A stretch of DNA of 64,000 bases from Vampirovibrionaceae bacterium NZW_1234. Its GTDB lineage: Bacteria; Cyanobacteriota; Vampirovibrionia; Vampirovibrionales; JAGQHJ01. The translations under genes were made by a program, and so were the position numbers. Positions 1 to 10,060 of this stretch are shown here, piece after piece (the first letter of the stretch is position 1; the number at the start of each line of letters is the position of its first letter). The stretch covers positions 180,399 through 244,398 of the forward strand of contig JBGUGD010000002.1 in NCBI GenBank assembly GCA_041697335.1, written 5' to 3'. The notes below the pieces were generated by a model. The model was not told the DNA's origin, made no database searches, and saw only the letters and a list, made by a program, of their open reading frames with translations.

Positions 1-513
1 TTCGGTGGTCCTTCCGGCTTCGGAGGTGCTAACGCATTCGCTGGTGCTCCCGGTGGTTTTGGCGGTCCTTCTGGATTCCCCAGACCCGGTGGCGGTGGCG
101 TTCCTGCCCAAAGCTTCCCTAATCTTTACAATAACCCTGCGATTTTTGGACGAGTTCCCAATAACGTTATTCCCGGTATTGGCCAGTCCTTTGTTCAACG
201 TGGTGGTGGCTTCCAGAATAATGTTAACCTGGTTGAAGATGGTGTCGGTAGACTTCTGCTTCAATCCCAGGCAGATCCAAACACCCCGGTTACAACCCGT
301 GGTGCCGGTGGTTACCTCAGAACGCCCTTCGGTATCTTTGAGACCGGAGTGGGCTGGTTGGGTGGTAACGCCAACGCAGGTATCCTGGGTGCGCAGGCAT
401 CCGGTATGGCTTGGGCGAAAGTCCGCAGTGCGGTTAACCCAGCGATTATTACCGGATATGCGAATCCCTTCTATAACAACTACAACTTTAACCAAGGCTT
501 CACCAACGCTTAA
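1..513 (+). CDS. 5'-truncated Gly/Asn/Phe-rich low-complexity hypothetical protein
   Basis: Frame 1 is open from base 1 (FGGPSGFGGANAFAGAPGG...NQGFTNA) to TAA 511-513 and is followed by a terminator; more plausible than the listed 5..595 ORF. Confidence 0.75.
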   Translation, partial: FGGPSGFGGANAFAGAPGGFGGPSGFPRPGGGGVPAQSFPNLYNNPAIFGRVPNNVIPGIGQSFVQRGGGFQNNVNLVEDGVGRLLLQSQADPNTPVTTRGAGGYLRTPFGIFETGVGWLGGNANAGILGAQASGMAWAKVRSAVNPAIITGYANPFYNNYNFNQGFTNA

Positions 514-536
514 GCCACGGTTAAGCAAGAGACATC

Positions 537-566
537 AAAAGGCCAACCGATCGGTTGGCCTTTTAT
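537..566. terminator. Intrinsic terminator, likely bidirectional
   Basis: Perfect palindrome aaaaggccaaccgatcggttggcctttt. Confidence 0.75.
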
Positions 567-578
567 ATGTATTGAAAT

Positions 579-1004
579 GTGAAAGAGTCTTCTGAATTTG
601 AGTATCCTACGGCTGTTTTGACGAGAGTCGGAACAATCGGTAGGTTTCCAATGCTTTGCGAAACCGGGCGTAGTCCGTTTCTGAGTAATCCAAACAAGGA
701 TTATAACCATGTTGTGCTTCGAGGTAGTCCATTTCGCGTTGATATCGCTGACGCGTATTGGAATCGAACAAAAAAACTGTGGGGTCAAAGCCCAATTTTT
801 TCAAGCGAATCCTCACCAAAGGATGATTATGATGCTGTGGGGGCTGGTCCAATGTATTGGAGGAACACAAGCAGCTATTGGAACAAGCTTCAACAGGATT
901 TCGTTTTTCCGGGTTTGATGCCCCAGAATCGTGTCTATCCGCAACTGACATGTAGGACTAACTCCTATCCAATGTACTGGTACAGATGTACCAAGCATTA
1001 CTGA
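579..1004 (+). CDS. Hypothetical protein (doubtful)
   Basis: 141-aa ORF, GTG start, no recognisable motif. Confidence 0.3.
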   Translation: MKESSEFEYPTAVLTRVGTIGRFPMLCETGRSPFLSNPNKDYNHVVLRGSPFRVDIADAYWNRTKKLWGQSPIFSSESSPKDDYDAVGAGPMYWRNTSSYWNKLQQDFVFPGLMPQNRVYPQLTCRTNSYPMYWYRCTKHY

Positions 1005-1206
1005 CTCTCCAGAACCGAGTGAAAAAGGAACCCAAGATGAATATGATATAGCCTAGATGATATATTTGTATAAAAACGTTGTTGGCCTGAAAGTTGTTAG
1101 TTATTGTGGGGTTTTTTTCTTAATTCATCATTAAGAAGTAAAGCCCAGAAAGGGTTTCTGGAGAATGAAAGATGGAAGTCTCTGTGTTGGAAAGTGTTTG
1201 CTAGGG

Positions 1207-2700
1207 TTAAACCATTTCCATTTCATAACTGTATAAGTGGTGAACGTCTCCTTCAGCTTGGGCAGCATGGGTCCGTAATTCGAAACGTAGGTCACCATTG
1301 TATAAGGCCTCGTGAAGCTGAGAAATGGTCCGTGTACCAATGTCTTGAAAGCCTTGTCGTATTCCTTGAATCAGATAAGGTACATAACTTTGGATTGACC
1401 CTTTGTCTATTACTGAGCCAGAGACCCCTTGAGCCACTTTGATTTTTTCACGGTCGGCAAAGTAGCGTTTTGCACCGCCATCATTCATGGCCTCGGTAGA
1501 ACCCATGCCCCGGTATTTCTTCAGACGGACACCATCTTTATAGAAGTATTCGCCGGGAGCTTCTTCGGTTCCGGCAAGCATTCCGCCCATCATGACACAT
1601 GAGGCACCCAAGGCCAGGGCTTTGACGATATGCCCGATGTTGGCAATCCCGCCATCGGCAATGACCGGTATTCCAAAGTCCTTAGCATAGCGGGCGGTTT
1701 GGAACACCGATGTCGCCTGAGGGCGGCCTACAGCCATGACTTTCTGTGTGGTGCAGATGGAGCCGGCACCCATTCCAATGCGAAGTGCGTCTGCACCTGC
1801 GTCGATGAGGTTTTTGGCTTGACGCATCGTGACAATATTTCCGGCAATGATATCCAGCTGTGGGTGGTGATACTTTATGTGGGAAATCATTTCCATCTGG
1901 TAGATGGAGTCGCCCTGGGAAGAGTCAATCACAACCACATTCAACCCTTCTTTAACCAGCAGTTCCAGTCTGTCTCGATCATCCTGGCGGGTAGAGACGG
2001 CTGCTCCAACAAGAAGGCGTTTGTTTTCGTCCTTGGAGGCAAAAGGGAAGTCTCGGTTCTTCAGCAGGTCGGTCCGGGAAATCAAGGCAACCAGGCGGAA
2101 ATTTTTGTCGACGATGGGCAATTTCCCCTTCTTACTTTCTTTTAGAATGCGGTTGGCTTCTTCTAGTGACACCCCTTCGTTTGCCACGATTAGATCTGTG
2201 GTCATCACCTCTGAGAGAAGTTTGTCCCTATCCTGAACAAAGTCGATATCCCGGGTGGTGACGATTCCAACCAACTTGGAGCCCAGGCTGCCGTCTTCGG
2301 TGATCGGTATTCCGGAGTATCCGTGGGTCCGCTTGATAGTGTCAATGTCTTTGATGCGATGATTAGGGCTGAGTACAATGGGGTCTGCAATAAAGCCGTT
2401 CTTGAAGCGTTTTACTTTGCGGACCTGTTCGGCTTGCTCTTCTTTAGTGTTGTTATAGTGAATGAAACCAATCCCACCCAAAAGGGCCATATTAATGGCC
2501 ATGCGAGCTTCGGTAACGGTGTCCATGGGGGAGCTGGTAAGCGGATTTTTAAGGCTGATATTGCGGGTCAGTTGGGTTTCAAGGCCCGTATCTTCCACGG
2601 CAAAGTCAATGTGACCGGGTAAGAGAATGAAATCGTCGTAGGTATAGCCATGACCTTTGTCAAAAATAGCGTCGCCGGAGAGTCCATCAAACAGAGACAT
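1207..2700 (-). CDS. guaB: IMP dehydrogenase with CBS subdomain, eukaryote-type sequence
   Basis: SSPMDTVTE, catalytic [25 protein letters not shown] at 2700 (MSLFDG). Confidence 0.97.
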   Translation of the reverse strand: MSLFDGLSGDAIFDKGHGYTYDDFILLPGHIDFAVEDTGLETQLTRNISLKNPLTSSPMDTVTEARMAINMALLGGIGFIHYNNTKEEQAEQVRKVKRFKNGFIADPIVLSPNHRIKDIDTIKRTHGYSGIPITEDGSLGSKLVGIVTTRDIDFVQDRDKLLSEVMTTDLIVANEGVSLEEANRILKESKKGKLPIVDKNFRLVALISRTDLLKNRDFPFASKDENKRLLVGAAVSTRQDDRDRLELLVKEGLNVVVIDSSQGDSIYQMEMISHIKYHHPQLDIIAGNIVTMRQAKNLIDAGADALRIGMGAGSICTTQKVMAVGRPQATSVFQTARYAKDFGIPVIADGGIANIGHIVKALALGASCVMMGGMLAGTEEAPGEYFYKDGVRLKKYRGMGSTEAMNDGGAKRYFADREKIKVAQGVSGSVIDKGSIQSYVPYLIQGIRQGFQDIGTRTISQLHEALYNGDLRFELRTHAAQAEGDVHHLYSYEMEMV

Positions 2701-2925
2701 GTCACGAGTCCTTTTGGTTGGTTCTATGTAAGTGGTTTCCATAGAATAAACTAAAAACTCGGCCTCTGCCAAATTGCGCGTCCACTGGCAGTCTCTTGGG
2801 GCTAAGAAACCGAACAGGCGCTTTCACTGACCTCCAGGGGAAATCACAAAGTGGATGATGGCATGCCAATAAGGCACCAGAATCAGTGGATGCAGGTTTT
2901 TAGATGAATAAACGTTTGTTTATGA

Positions 2926-3309
2926 CTACCGGCTAGGGTGGTAGGGGAACCAATTGTTGGCCCAGACTTCGATGGCTTCGAGAATGGGCTTCATGGCGTG
3001 GCCTTTTTCCGTCAGTTCATACTCCACTCGCGGAGGAATGGTTGGGAATTGGTGGCGACTAATGAGGCCATAGCGTTCCAGGTGTTTGAGACGAGCCGAC
3101 AAGGTCCGTGGTGAGATGCCGGAAACTTGAGATTCCAGCTCCACAAAACGCTGTTGCCCAAATTGGCTTAAAATCTGAATAATTTGAAAGGAATACTTGT
3201 CGCCCACTAAGGCCATGGCTCGCTCGACCGGCGATTCTAGTTGGTGAATCTCGTCGTTTATTAAACGATTTAGGTTTTCAGCTAATGAATCCAAGGCTTT
3301 CTGTGTCAC
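2926..3309 (-). CDS. HxlR-family winged-helix transcriptional regulator
   Basis: GDKYS..I, RFVEL, ISPRTLSARLKHLE, PPRVEYELTEKG. Confidence 0.9.
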   Translation of the reverse strand: MTQKALDSLAENLNRLINDEIHQLESPVERAMALVGDKYSFQIIQILSQFGQQRFVELESQVSGISPRTLSARLKHLERYGLISRHQFPTIPPRVEYELTEKGHAMKPILEAIEVWANNWFPYHPSR

Positions 3310-3570
3310 AAGTTCAATCCTTCAGTACCTAATCACTATACTTGTTATAGTATAACCACCCAAAATAGCAAAATCAACACTTTGGTAAAGAATATAACAA
3401 GAATGTTTTCGCTATTGAACGCTTTTTTACGATTTGTGTAGAATTACTACTTTTGGTTGTGGGCTTAAAAGCTAGTTGTGCCTTGCAATATCCCGTTATA
3501 GAGTCATTTACAATTGGTAAGTTTTGCACTACGCTAAACGCGGTATACCAGCAGAGGGAGGTTCTACGGC

Positions 3571-4512
3571 ATGGCTCCTCAGGAAGTCACTATTCAAAAG
3601 CATTCCGAATTGGCGAACCAGGGTCGACTTGATGTGGCCTTGTCTCTGGCCGCGACAGAACATTCTGATACCCTAGTCCAAAATCTTTCTCGTTACCTTA
3701 TCCCTACTCAAATAGGGCTTCATTTGCTCTATGTGGTTCCAACGCCTCAGGCTCACGACCGACGTTTTGAATCGCTGGATGAAGAGGTCTCGGCAGAGCT
3801 TCAGCAGATTGTTCATAAGCAGTTTGATGCCTATGAGGCGGTTCTTGCGAAGCAATTCCTGCCGGTCATCGATCAGACTTACATCCAAGAAGCCGAGAGT
3901 GTCGAAGAGGGTGTCCTCAGCTTTGTGGGCAATCATCAGCCGGATTTGTTGGTTTTGGGCCAGCACGTAGAGTCTCAAAAACATCAGGGTTGGCGGATTA
4001 GCTCTACGGCTTATAGTATTGCTACTCATGCAAAATCCTCCATTCTCGTCGTGAAGCAGCCACCTCGCTCAGCAGAACGCCTTCGAGTGTTCTTTGCCAC
4101 TGATGGTTCCCTGCATGCTGACAAAGCCGCAAAGGACCTGGTTCGGTTCTTGCCCAAGGAAAATACCGAGATCATTATCTTTTCGGCTGTTACAGTAAAC
4201 TATTATGTCCTGCCGCTTGTTGAGCCTTATGTGGATTATTCAGCTCTGGAGAGGGCAATGACGGGGGAGGCTGTCAACTTGATGGAGCGTTATCGTAAGC
4301 TCTTTGAACATGAAGGCTATATGGTGTCCGAATCTTACGTTCTGCTGGGCGACCCTGTGGATCGGATTCTGGAAGAATCTGAAAAGCAGCAGGCCGATTT
4401 GGTTGTTGTTGGTTCTCATGGGACTGGTGGCCGTATCAGTCGTTGGTTGTTAGGCAGTGTCAGCTCTAAAGTCCTTGAGTATAGTCCCATTTCAGTTGCA
4501 GTATTGAAGTAA
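3571..4512 (+). CDS. Tandem universal stress protein (two USP domains)
   Basis: ATDGS, GDPVDRI, DLVVVGSHG, LLGSVSSKV; RBS gggagg upstream. Confidence 0.9.
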   Translation: MAPQEVTIQKHSELANQGRLDVALSLAATEHSDTLVQNLSRYLIPTQIGLHLLYVVPTPQAHDRRFESLDEEVSAELQQIVHKQFDAYEAVLAKQFLPVIDQTYIQEAESVEEGVLSFVGNHQPDLLVLGQHVESQKHQGWRISSTAYSIATHAKSSILVVKQPPRSAERLRVFFATDGSLHADKAAKDLVRFLPKENTEIIIFSAVTVNYYVLPLVEPYVDYSALERAMTGEAVNLMERYRKLFEHEGYMVSESYVLLGDPVDRILEESEKQQADLVVVGSHGTGGRISRWLLGSVSSKVLEYSPISVAVLK

Positions 4513-4541
4513 GCTAGTTTTAATACTGGACAAAGTGTGGC

Positions 4542-5300
4542 CTACAGGTCATAAATCCGATGTAGGACATCTTTACGTAGAAATATGCCATTGGCTTCCA
4601 AAACACAAGGAATCGGTTTTGCAAAAAAGGCTGGTTCGATATGAACCATTTCAAATTCTAATTCTTTTAAGTAGGTAAGTAAGTCTACTATTGTATCCTG
4701 ATTATCATAGACAGCCAGTAAGGCTAGTTCCAGCTCAATGCCTACTATATCAGGCAAAAGCGTCAATGCCCCTTCTAGTATTGGTTTTTCCATTCCTTGC
4801 GAATCTATCTTGAGGAGGGTGGGTCTGGATTTTACCTTCAGTTCCTCTGCAAGGGAATCTAATGTAACCATGCTCACACATTGTTTTTCTGTGACTTGGG
4901 TCAGAGATTCCTGTTTTTTGAGGATAGGGGAGGTATTCAAGAAAGAACTTGATACCGAATTCGCTGCAACATTAATTTCAACGGTATCATCGATCCGGTT
5001 ACCCAGAGCTAAGTTTTGACATTCCCATAATGGATCGTTTTTAGCATTTTCCTGGAGCTGAATAAAGGCATTCGTCAATGGCTCAAAGGAGATAATATTT
5101 CCTTGATAGCCCTCTTCTCTAAGACTAGAAGCATATTGTCCTATATTGGCTCCTACGTCAATTACAGAAGCTATATTCAGGATTTCAATCAATTTTTGTC
5201 GACAGTAGCTTAAAGTAAAGCGCTTCCTTCGAATATTAAAGCCTGCCCGTGAAAAGACAGAGACAATGTTATTTCTTAGGGTGCTTTGGATGATATTCAT
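4542..5300 (-). CDS. FkbM-family SAM-dependent methyltransferase
   Basis: VIDVGANIGQY, SFEP, LLKIDSQGME. Confidence 0.9.
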   Translation of the reverse strand: MNIIQSTLRNNIVSVFSRAGFNIRRKRFTLSYCRQKLIEILNIASVIDVGANIGQYASSLREEGYQGNIISFEPLTNAFIQLQENAKNDPLWECQNLALGNRIDDTVEINVAANSVSSSFLNTSPILKKQESLTQVTEKQCVSMVTLDSLAEELKVKSRPTLLKIDSQGMEKPILEGALTLLPDIVGIELELALLAVYDNQDTIVDLLTYLKELEFEMVHIEPAFFAKPIPCVLEANGIFLRKDVLHRIYDL

Positions 5301-5452
5301 GGGCTATTAGACTTCATCAGTACTGTCTATAACGAGGTAACTTTATAGTGATCTTATACTAACTTGTTGTTCTCTGGTTCATATGTTGAGTTTAACTATC
5401 TAACGGATGGGCAACTTGCTTCTATATGCACTTGAAAATAATATGCATAAGC

Positions 5453-5481
5453 AAAAAAAAGCCAGAACTTCGTGTTCTGGC
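5453..5481 (-). terminator. Intrinsic terminator of the TPR gene
   Basis: gccagaac-N5-gttctggc stem followed by T8 on the minus strand. Confidence 0.75.
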
Positions 5482-5607
5482 GTATTGGAAAAACAGGGAG
5501 AGAGAAATGTGAGCCCATGGTGTGACGGAAGCCCTGTATTCTTTCCGGGGCTATCAAAATTGTTTGGTTGGCTTGATAGTGTTTAAGACGAGAGAGAATG
5601 AGTGGTT

Positions 5608-7302
5608 TTAGTCAAACAGGCGGTCAATGTAACTTTGAATTTCACCATCCTCCAATTCAGGGTTGTTTTGATTGATTTCGAGGGCTTGGGTGTAATACTC
5701 GGCAGCGTCCAAATTGCGGCCCATACTTTGAAGGGCACGGCCAATGTTGAAGCAGGCCAAGGTATAGTCAGACTTTAGGTTGTAGGCCTTTTGAAAGAGG
5801 GGCAAAGCCTTGGCCGGATCCGACTGTTCGTCCAGGTAAATGACACCTAAGTTATTGTGGGCGATGTGATTGGTCTGATCGAAGTGAATAGCCGTGAGAT
5901 AAGCATCGATGGCTTCATCATTGCGATCCAGTTGCCAAAGAATGTAGCCGATGTTGCTGTAGCAATCGGTATTGTCGGGCATCATCTGGAGCAAGGTTTG
6001 GTAAGCTGTCAGTGCTGAATCCAGGTGCCCGCTTTCGAAGTACAGATCGGCTAGCATCGCCATGGTCTCGGCATTTTCGGGATTGTAATGAAGGGATTGC
6101 TGAAAATAGTCCAGTGCCTGGCCCGGATCATTGAAAATCTGGTAACTCATTGTACCTAGGGTTTGGGAGACAGTGGAAAGCCACTCCGGATCTGTTCCAT
6201 ATTCCATAGCAATTTTGTATTCTTCGAAGGCTCCTTCCATGTCCTCCAGTTTGAAAAGCAGGAAGGCAATATTGCTGTGAAGGTATGGGTATAGGGGTTG
6301 GAGACGTTCGGCCTCTTTATAGTAGTAGAGGGCTTTGAAATAGGCTTGCTCTTCGGTATGAATCTGTCCTAATTGGTACAGCGTGTCAAAATCGTCGGCA
6401 TCGACTTCGATGACCTGGTTGAGGGTTTCTACGGCGTTCGGGATGTCTTTGTTTTGAGCGTAGGCTTTGCCCAATTTTTTCATCAGGTTCAGGTTTTTGG
6501 GATCGAGTAACAGAGCCTGACGGTAGTGCTCAATGGCTTGGGAGCGGTTTTGGGTATCGTAGAAATGCTCGTCGCCCAATAAATGAAAGAATAGGGGTTC
6601 TCTGGGCATCAAGTGTGCGCCCAGGCTGTAGGCGGCTTGGGCCAGACCTTGGAGACGAAGCTTTTTGCTGACTTTTGCCAGTCCTGTGAGGGCATATACT
6701 TGGGCATCCATAATTAGAGCTTCGGTTAGCAGCCCACAAGTTTGTTTGTCGAACGGCAGTACAGTGCAACCGCCCAGGAACTGCATGATACCCTGTGTGG
6801 CCAATGCGAACTGATTCCAGGGAGTATGAATATTGAGAGATTGCTTTAGAAGAGCGTTTCCTAGAGCGATGCGGGCTCTAGCGGATCGCAACGGTTTTTT
6901 ACGGATGGCGGTTTTGTATTCCTGAATAGCATCATCCAAAAATCCGGCGCGCTGGAGGAAGTAGCCAAGAAACAGATTCGCGTCAGCTTGTTTGGGATCC
7001 AGCTTTAGAGCGGTCTGGCAATAAAATTGAGCCAGTTCCAGGTTAATCGTGCCTTGATCCCAGAGGGCACTGGCCAATTGAATGTAGGCTTCAGCCATAT
7101 TCGGCTCGATTTCTACAGCTTTTTGAAAATGCTGAATGGCGGCATCCAAATCTTGTTGGCGAGACCGGGCCAGATAGCTGTGGTATAAATTCTTCCCCAT
7201 CTTCAGATGATATTCCGCTGTAACGTCCTGATGGACCGGGACCAGCGAAGAACCAGGTTGCATCGGTCCTTCTGGCTGTGGCGATGGATTTGACTGAAGC
7301 AT
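5608..7302 (-). CDS. Tetratricopeptide repeat protein
   Basis: Many TPR units (AIQHFQKAVEIEP, AHNNLGVIY, ACFNIGRAL); ATG 7302 with GAGG RBS. Confidence 0.9.
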   Translation of the reverse strand: MLQSNPSPQPEGPMQPGSSLVPVHQDVTAEYHLKMGKNLYHSYLARSRQQDLDAAIQHFQKAVEIEPNMAEAYIQLASALWDQGTINLELAQFYCQTALKLDPKQADANLFLGYFLQRAGFLDDAIQEYKTAIRKKPLRSARARIALGNALLKQSLNIHTPWNQFALATQGIMQFLGGCTVLPFDKQTCGLLTEALIMDAQVYALTGLAKVSKKLRLQGLAQAAYSLGAHLMPREPLFFHLLGDEHFYDTQNRSQAIEHYRQALLLDPKNLNLMKKLGKAYAQNKDIPNAVETLNQVIEVDADDFDTLYQLGQIHTEEQAYFKALYYYKEAERLQPLYPYLHSNIAFLLFKLEDMEGAFEEYKIAMEYGTDPEWLSTVSQTLGTMSYQIFNDPGQALDYFQQSLHYNPENAETMAMLADLYFESGHLDSALTAYQTLLQMMPDNTDCYSNIGYILWQLDRNDEAIDAYLTAIHFDQTNHIAHNNLGVIYLDEQSDPAKALPLFQKAYNLKSDYTLACFNIGRALQSMGRNLDAAEYYTQALEINQNNPELEDGEIQSYIDRLFD

Positions 7303-7858
7303 TACGACCTCTTCAAATAAACGTTTCAAATGCTGGTTCGGGAAGGCACAGCCCCTGCCTCTAGTTCTCTGTCCATAGAGACCCGTATGAGGGGTATCGA
7401 CCATGACGGGTTTAACTTTATAGTTTGGGCGAGGAGGAATTTCCTTTCTCCTCTATCGTAAGGAGTTTTTAAATTTCGTCAGGGATGGCACTACTGATTT
7501 ACAGACATTGCCATTGAAAACCTCCTAACCATCAGTGTTATACGAATTCATGTTTCAAAATGTGAAGCAAATCCGTAGAAATTGTTAGAAGATTCGATCA
7601 GTTTGGGCTTTGTTGTTTTTATATATATGTGTGTGTGAAATAACTTCTGCGACCGTGTCGGATGCACAGGTGTCGGCGGATATCTTGCTCTCCCTCTGTC
7701 TTGGGGTGGGAAAAGTCATCCGATGATATTGTGCTGAAGGTCTTCAGGGCAACTTGAGGGAAAAGGCCGCATGAGCTTGAATACAGACCTTTTTTGACCC
7801 CATTATTTCTCATAATACCTATCGTGTTCTGTGTGTGTGCTTTAAAAGGAGTATGGTT

Positions 7859-8053
7859 ATGTTGCAAGCAAAATCTACGGATCTGACTTCCTCTTGGCTC
7901 GGAACAGAAAACAACTTTGGTGCGATTGCTCCAATGGCAAATGCTGGTCCCAAGGGGCCCCTAGGGACTGCAAATAATGCCTATGCCCAAAAACTTCTGG
8001 GGCAAACCTGGCCGATTAATATGAATGGCTACGGCCGATCATTTGGCATTTAG
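7859..8053 (+). CDS. Small Gly/Asn/Ala-rich hypothetical protein (64 aa)
   Basis: AAAGGAG RBS 7 nt before ATG 7859; ends GRSFGI. Confidence 0.65.
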   Translation: MLQAKSTDLTSSWLGTENNFGAIAPMANAGPKGPLGTANNAYAQKLLGQTWPINMNGYGRSFGI

Positions 8054-8129
8054 ATCCGCTTACTGTGCCAATCTTTGATGTGATGACCGTCTTAGGAAGA
8101 CCTAAGGCCACTGTCTCATCGAGCGTCAT

Positions 8130-9218
8130 TTATGTGGGCAAAGACTCACTGGTTGCTGGCTTCAGCGTTGTGACGTTGTTCTTTGGGAACGGATTGGCAT
8201 GGTGAGGGATAATAAACGACACGGCTTTTGGCACTACGGTAAATTCCACTGGCGTTTTTCCGATGACGTCCCCATCAACTTCAGTACGGACCGCTTGGTC
8301 TGATGTGATGGTTACTTTTTTTGCTTTGAAGTGGGTTACGCCGTCCAGAACTTTCTTCATCAGTTTCTGAGGGGAACTGGTGAGGAGCTGATATCCGATT
8401 TTGAGGTAGTCCATGCGGTTTTGCATTCCGAGGATGGCCACATCCAAAAGGCCATCATTGGGCTTTGCGTCCGGTGTGAAGGAAAAGGGGCCCAGGAGCT
8501 TTCCGGCGTTAGCCACAAGGACGGCAATGCCTTTCTTGCGAATGAGTTTGCCATCGTCGGTTTCAATGTTAAAGGTGACAATCGGACTTGAGAACAATTG
8601 GGTGAGTACGGATTTGACATAGGCCAGCTTGCCGAACCAGCGTTTTTCTGTGCGTGTGGTAGCCTCCATGATGTCGGCATCCAGACCGGCACCGCCCATC
8701 ATAATACAAGGTTCCTTGCCGTTGGCCATTAAAATGTCGGACTCGAAACGCTTACCGGTAAGTAGAGTTTGAAGTCCTTCTTTTAAAGAGGTTGGGATTC
8801 CCAATTCCGTAGCAAAAAGGTTGCCGGTACCTCTCGGCAGGACGCCAACCGCAATGCTGGGATCTTTAAGGGGTAAAAGAGCTTTAATAACCTGACGGAT
8901 ACTGCCGTCACCACCAATGGCTACCACTGTATTCAATTTATCCTTGTGCTGGGCAATCAAGGTCTGCAAGTCTGCAGGGTTCGAAGTCGCTTTAACCACC
9001 ATAAAGCGGTCTTTATCTTTAGGGCGAAAGGTGTTAAGTTCGTCTTGGATTTGCTGATCGAGGGGGCTGTCGCCCACACCCCCGGCTTGGGGGTTTACCA
9101 CCAACATGATCTTGTTTTTGCTGTGGACCTGTGGCGCTGGGCTCTGGCTTGCAAAACGGATGAGAGATGGGTTGGGTCTGATCTTTGTAAGGGCTGTTGT
9201 TATTGGGGAAGTCGCCAT
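8130..9218 (-). CDS. Diacylglycerol kinase/YegS-family lipid kinase with N-terminal RF leader
   Basis: VNPQAG, GGDGS, LPRGTGNLFA, GAGLDA, DGLLD, VDGD. Confidence 0.9.
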   Translation of the reverse strand: MATSPITTALTKIRPNPSLIRFASQSPAPQVHSKNKIMLVVNPQAGGVGDSPLDQQIQDELNTFRPKDKDRFMVVKATSNPADLQTLIAQHKDKLNTVVAIGGDGSIRQVIKALLPLKDPSIAVGVLPRGTGNLFATELGIPTSLKEGLQTLLTGKRFESDILMANGKEPCIMMGGAGLDADIMEATTRTEKRWFGKLAYVKSVLTQLFSSPIVTFNIETDDGKLIRKKGIAVLVANAGKLLGPFSFTPDAKPNDGLLDVAILGMQNRMDYLKIGYQLLTSSPQKLMKKVLDGVTHFKAKKVTITSDQAVRTEVDGDVIGKTPVEFTVVPKAVSFIIPHHANPFPKNNVTTLKPATSESLPT

Positions 9219-9472
9219 GACGCAATTTATTCCTATATAGTTTCCTGTTCTATCAAAGTCCAATGTCCTGATCCATCAATGCGGCTCAAGGGAACTTTTT
9301 GATAGCCAAGGGCGAGGATGTTACGACATGTGAAAACTTTTGTTCGTGTTTTGCCACGTTATCAAAATCTAATGAACGACATAGCCCGCTGGTTGTAGGA
9401 TTAAGCCAGCGATTGGGGATCTTTTTGGGGATAAGGTCAGCGCTTGAAATCGTAAAAATGCAAACAGAACGT

Positions 9473-9877
9473 CTAATAGGAGGTTTGCCCCGGCTCTGCC
9501 ATCTGCTGGTTCCATGCCATTGGATTTTTGGAAATCCCGACGGGGGGGAGTAAAGGGATAACTTGTTCTTTTTGAAGCCCACGGCGCTTCAACTCTTCCT
9601 GATGTCGAATATCCCGAACGGGCAGGTATGCTCGATTAACAACGTCTTCTCGCCAATTATAGGCCCATGTTTTCTGATGAATCGGGTTGAGCTTTAAGGG
9701 AGGTTGAACCGAACGCTGTGTAAACAAGTTCCTTTCCTTCATCGTGGGGTAGCCCGAGGGGATGTGTCGCGGATCGTCGTTCCAAGACCAAGCCCCTGCC
9801 GTTGGCAAAAGTGCGCCAATGACAAGTAACATCATTACGAAAAGAATCTGAACATGCCGCATGACCATCATCCCCAT
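9473..9877 (-). CDS. Putative secreted hypothetical protein
   Basis: Signal-peptide-like hydrophobic N-terminus ending AGA-W. Confidence 0.6.
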   Translation of the reverse strand: MGMMVMRHVQILFVMMLLVIGALLPTAGAWSWNDDPRHIPSGYPTMKERNLFTQRSVQPPLKLNPIHQKTWAYNWREDVVNRAYLPVRDIRHQEELKRRGLQKEQVIPLLPPVGISKNPMAWNQQMAEPGQTSY

Positions 9878-10060
9878 CGTGCGAACGGAGTACTAATCTC
9901 TTGCTCATTTAATCAAAGACCTGACTCAGCCGCTATTCCCCAGATGGTTAGCGGTAAAACTGCATGAGGCAATTTTGCCGGTTGAGGATTTTTATACAGG
10001 GAATACACCTCCCCACTCGCTTTTTTGCTGTACTGTTCTTGAAATCTAGGAGAGAGTTTT

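Noticed and set aside
5..595. 196-aa ORF in the track
   Set aside because: Off-frame shadow of the Gly-rich frame-1 CDS; it runs through the terminator.
2701..2925. Possible purine or ZTP riboswitch upstream of guaB
   Set aside because: Only a weak ctgcca/tggcag hairpin; no consensus core recognised.
7648..7771. Hammerhead or glycine-riboswitch reading of the leader (ccgatga, gctgaagg, gaaa)
   Set aside because: Core nucleotides and stem registers do not fit either consensus.
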